Part shown: positions 60,201 through 64,000 of the stretch, piece after piece
Position numbering within the stretch: the first letter of the stretch is position 1
Layout of the letters: every line of letters begins with the position of its first letter
Assembly (NCBI RefSeq): GCF_964204645.1
Contig: NC_134027.1
Location: forward strand, 16,152,485 to 16,216,484
Length of the DNA stretch: 64,000 bases
Reading direction: 5' to 3'
Source of the DNA: Tubulanus polymorphus
Taxonomy: Eukaryota > Animalia > Nemertea
The notes under the pieces: generated by a model
Told to the model about the DNA's origin: nothing
Database searches by the model: none
The model's input: only the letters and a program-made list of their open reading frames with translations
Program-made: the position numbers and the translations under genes

Positions 60201-63200
60201 CCTCATTAGAAAATAAAGCGCAGCCAAAATTAAACCTCCTGCTACAAGATAATGTTTTAAATCACTTTTTCCACTTTTTTTTAAAAATTTAAAAGTAATT
60301 TGAAATATCTTATTTTGAATATTTTTGAAATGAAATATATTTATTAAGAGTTGAATTATTATATTTGAGTTATGATATTATGATTTAAGATGAAGTGATT
60401 TATTGTTTCGAGTATAATATTTTCCACAATTCTTTTCAGGTGTATCAATTTTATTGTCTAAATTACATTGAATTCCCACATCTTTGAATGATTTTTCATT
60501 TGGAATGTCTAGGATAAACCTTTTTTCTTCTACTCTGAAAAATAATACATAGCATTCTCTGAAAAGGGCAATAACGAAGGTGTATAAATAATGATTTATC
60601 TGAATTTTCATTATTTAAAAGTGATTGTATTTCATCTGTAATTATTAAAGGTTTATCTATTTCAATAAATGTTGTGAATTTTGGAGTTATTGTGTTGAAT
60701 AAGAATTTATCCTTTTCATACAATAACTCTATCATTAGATGATAATTTTTAAACATTAATTCAGTAATAGGAATAAAATTTTTAATTGTAAAATATTTTT
60801 CGAATTCATGTAAATCAATATCTTTGAAATTTAGTATTTGTTCATTCATTTATTAGTAATTTTTAAAATTAAAACCGACCGTTTCCCAAACTCGTTAATT
60901 ACTTGTTACTTTTTTAACAACTCGTTAGTTACTCGTTACTTCGTTAATTACTCGTAACTTTATCTCACACTTTTATAGTTAATATATATAATTGATTTTC
61001 ATATATATGTCATTCACATAAATGATATTCATACATATGAAATTATTAGAGTAATAGGGTATATGTCTTTTCAGAGGCTGAAAGGTTGAGTGAGTGAAAA
61101 ATAAAAATAAATTCGAGCGTGTGAGAATTTATTTTTATTTTTTGTGTGCTCGACCTTTCGACCTCTGGTATGAAAAGACATATACCCTATTACTAATGGG
61201 ACCAGCATAGATGAGCAGCTTAAAAGATTAAAAACGAATTTCATTATTTAAAAATCTAAAATCTAAAATAAGTTTCGATCTCTCTCTAAATTAGACTAAC
61301 AAGGTGTGAATAAATCTGACCGGGACCTGTGAATAAATTTGACCCGGGAAAATAGTGGATGTACACTACCTGGCGTGCTGATATTTTTTCGGTGTTTAAA
61401 TGATGCTTTTTTTCAAACAAAATAAACTCTGGGGGTAGCACTTATAAACTTATACAAGAGCCCCAAGGGGCACAATGGCCAGCCTGTCAGATTTGCTTTT
61501 TATAAATGATGTAATCTGTGGGTTATATTTATCAATATACACTCCCTGCTCAATATCATTTACATAGTAAAATCGTGTGTTAACACAGACAGCAGGAACG
61601 AATGTAATATAGAAATACTAAGTTATTGTATTGTTCAACGCCCCTGGTGGCCATATACAAAAACCAATGAGCTTGAAACTCACCAAGATCATAGACCATG
61701 TCATGAGCTACAACTTTCCAATCGATTGAGTTAGCAAAATATGCATAGGTACGAATGTAATATAGAAATACTAAGTTATTGTATTGTTCAACGCCCCCTG
61801 GTGGCCATAAACAAAAACCAATGAGCTTGAAACTCATCTCGATCATAGAACATGTCATGAGCTACAACTTTCCAATTGATTATAGTAGCAAAATATGCTT
61901 AAGTATCAATTATGATGTGGAAAAACTTTTTTTCCACCTACGAATGAGTACTGATGACCCCAAGATGGCAGCCAAGTGCGTCATAATTGCCTGGTCAAAA
62001 ATACCCTCTCGGATATAAAAGATCCCTTTCCAAAGAATACCCATTACAAATTGCAATGAAACATGGCACACCATTAGAAAGCTACAGTACTCAGAATTCA
62101 GGCCAAAATTGACATTTTTGGGAACAAAAAAGGTTACAGTACGGACATCTTGAGTCCGATCGACCCAATTTTTCTCACGCCGATGGGCCCTTGGGGATAC
62201 AAATATATACGAATGATCAAGGTTATTGATAAAAGTGTCTTCAAAATTTCCCTCGAAAACTTCAAAAATGTGTAAAAAGTGCTGATTTTGGCGAACAACA
62301 ATGGCTGCCAGCCGGCCATCTTGAATCTGACAGGGCCAGTTTTTGGCCTGAAGATGTGTCTAGGGTAGATACACGTATAAACCAAATATCAAGACATTAC
62401 CTTGAAGCGTCTTCAAAACTTTGGAACTCTCACGAACTATCTAGATGGTTATCTCTCGACCTAAATAGCTTCAAGAGCCATCTCAAAACAACTTTGTTCC
62501 ATGCACCATACCATTAACTCTCGGAAAGCGAATTGTATTTAACATTTTTTTGGCAGAATAAAATTTGATTGAATTTGCAATTCGGGCACATGGCTAATTA
62601 GCATATCAAGGTCATACACCGATTTGGTAAAACCTTTTTTGTCGCGAACCTTGCGCAATTGTCAAGGATGAATTTTCTGTAGAGCAAATAAAAATTCCTC
62701 CCAAACACCAAATCAACTAAAGATTTCATAGAAATCGATCTTGAAATACAATTTTAAATCTTAAAATAAAACCCGGAAGTAAAACAGTAGACGATACCGC
62801 GGGTTCGCGTGAACACCTGATTTCTGTAAACGAAATGTTGGTTGTGACAAAATTGTTCAGACGGTTTTAGGTGGTAATACGTAGGCTACGGAAACGTAAC
62901 GACCATGGTCGACCTTTTCGATGAAATCAGGCCTATGTGATATCCAAATTTTGACTTTTTTATTCTCCAGACCTCCCTGATATAGAAATAAAAAATTGTG
63001 GTGGTACGAAAGTGCAATCACAGCGCCGACGGGGACAGCGCCGTGTCAGAGATCGGCGGAGTGAAAATTGAGGTGGACGAACACGAAGAAGTAGGCTATT
63101 GCGCTACTTGAATCACGAAAATTCCTGGCGCGGCCCCCGACGCTTTTCGTTGATTAAGTAATAAAAATATCATGCAATGGGTTTTCACAATCTACCGCTG

Positions 63201-64000
63201 GTATTTACCGGATTTCAATAAGAAGCCTCATCAAGCAGTTTGTGTTACAAAACTCCTTATAGATAATCTTAAAGTTATTGAAAATAAAGAAATGTATCAG
63301 ACATTTTCGATTTTCTTCACACCTGATTATGATCTTTAGGGAGAGAGTGAAGAAGCCTACAATTATATAAAATAAGCATTTAAAAGTGAAACCATCAGAC
63401 TGTGAGTAGGTGATCATTATTTTCAGATGCAGGACCTAATAGTGTGACCTAGACTAGCATGTGAAGGTTTACCCATTTATATTTTTGGGAGAAGATATAG
63501 CAAGAACGAATAACATTCTGAAATAAAAATTCACATTTATCCCATTACCCGTTTTTGATTTAATCCATATGAGTAACTACTCCAAAATATAAAAATTTGA
63601 ATCGTTAAAAACTTAGATTAGCACAACAATAATTTGCAAAAGGCAAAGCGGTTTACCTTTGCGATATCTAGAAGAACGTACAATTACAGCTGTGGGAAGC
63701 ATGACACCAAATTTGATATTGGCCTTTTTGCATTTTTTTTGTATTCAGCAAAAACAAAACTAGGAAGAAAAATAAACAGTCCCAAAATTCATATTTAAGG
63801 ACTACCGGCTCATTTTCTTCCTGATCACCCAAAGCTAGCATTTGTGGCAATATTTTCATTTAAATCGCGTTCACACGACGACTAGTTAGACTGGTCTAAA
63901 ATGGGTCTGTACCTGTTCCCATCTGGTGAGCGTTCACACAGCGTTTTGACATGCCGTGATAAAATCACCTGTCACCGGGCCCACAAGATGTCACCATCTG

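Larger units (their letters stand above)
40745..61194. mobile_element. Long-TIR Polinton/Maverick-like relic with nested insertions
   Basis: Termini AGTAATAGGGTATATGTCTT / AAGACATATACCCTATTACT. The intact right arm (~59860-61194) is matched in inverse by left-arm pieces 40745-40788, 47133-47356, ~54670-54730, ~55670-56520 and ~58185-58445. Flanks CATAGG/AATGGG match 4/6. Confidence 0.62.

Overview
Repeat-rich animal (non-arthropod invertebrate-like, TTAGGG-type) genomic DNA with three zones. (1) 1-11.4 kb looks like the right end of a large virus-like element: densely packed intronless genes (type I membrane glycoprotein, Fos/ATF-like bZIP, a 1029-aa orphan), a 7-exon tyrosine recombinase, two tRNA-like Pol III units and a motif-rich non-coding end that stops exactly at (CCCTAA)2. 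(2) 11.4-21.1 kb is a 1.29-unit tandem of a 6348-bp Penelope-like retroelement (SGNH ORF1, UUUAAAC -1 frameshift, RT-GIY-YIG, minimal hammerhead ribozyme) bounded on both sides by telomeric repeats, followed by a 1.5-kb degenerate telomere-like array. That array precedes a 5'-truncated KDZ (CxC6) transposase gene, which faces a spliced DUF3987-like P-loop NTPase gene. (3) 28-64 kb is host DNA: the 3' exons of ERC/ELKS (IWA C-terminus) and a 20-kb nest of transposons built on a Polinton-like long-TIR relic. All calls are by eye; no database searches or folding programs were run.
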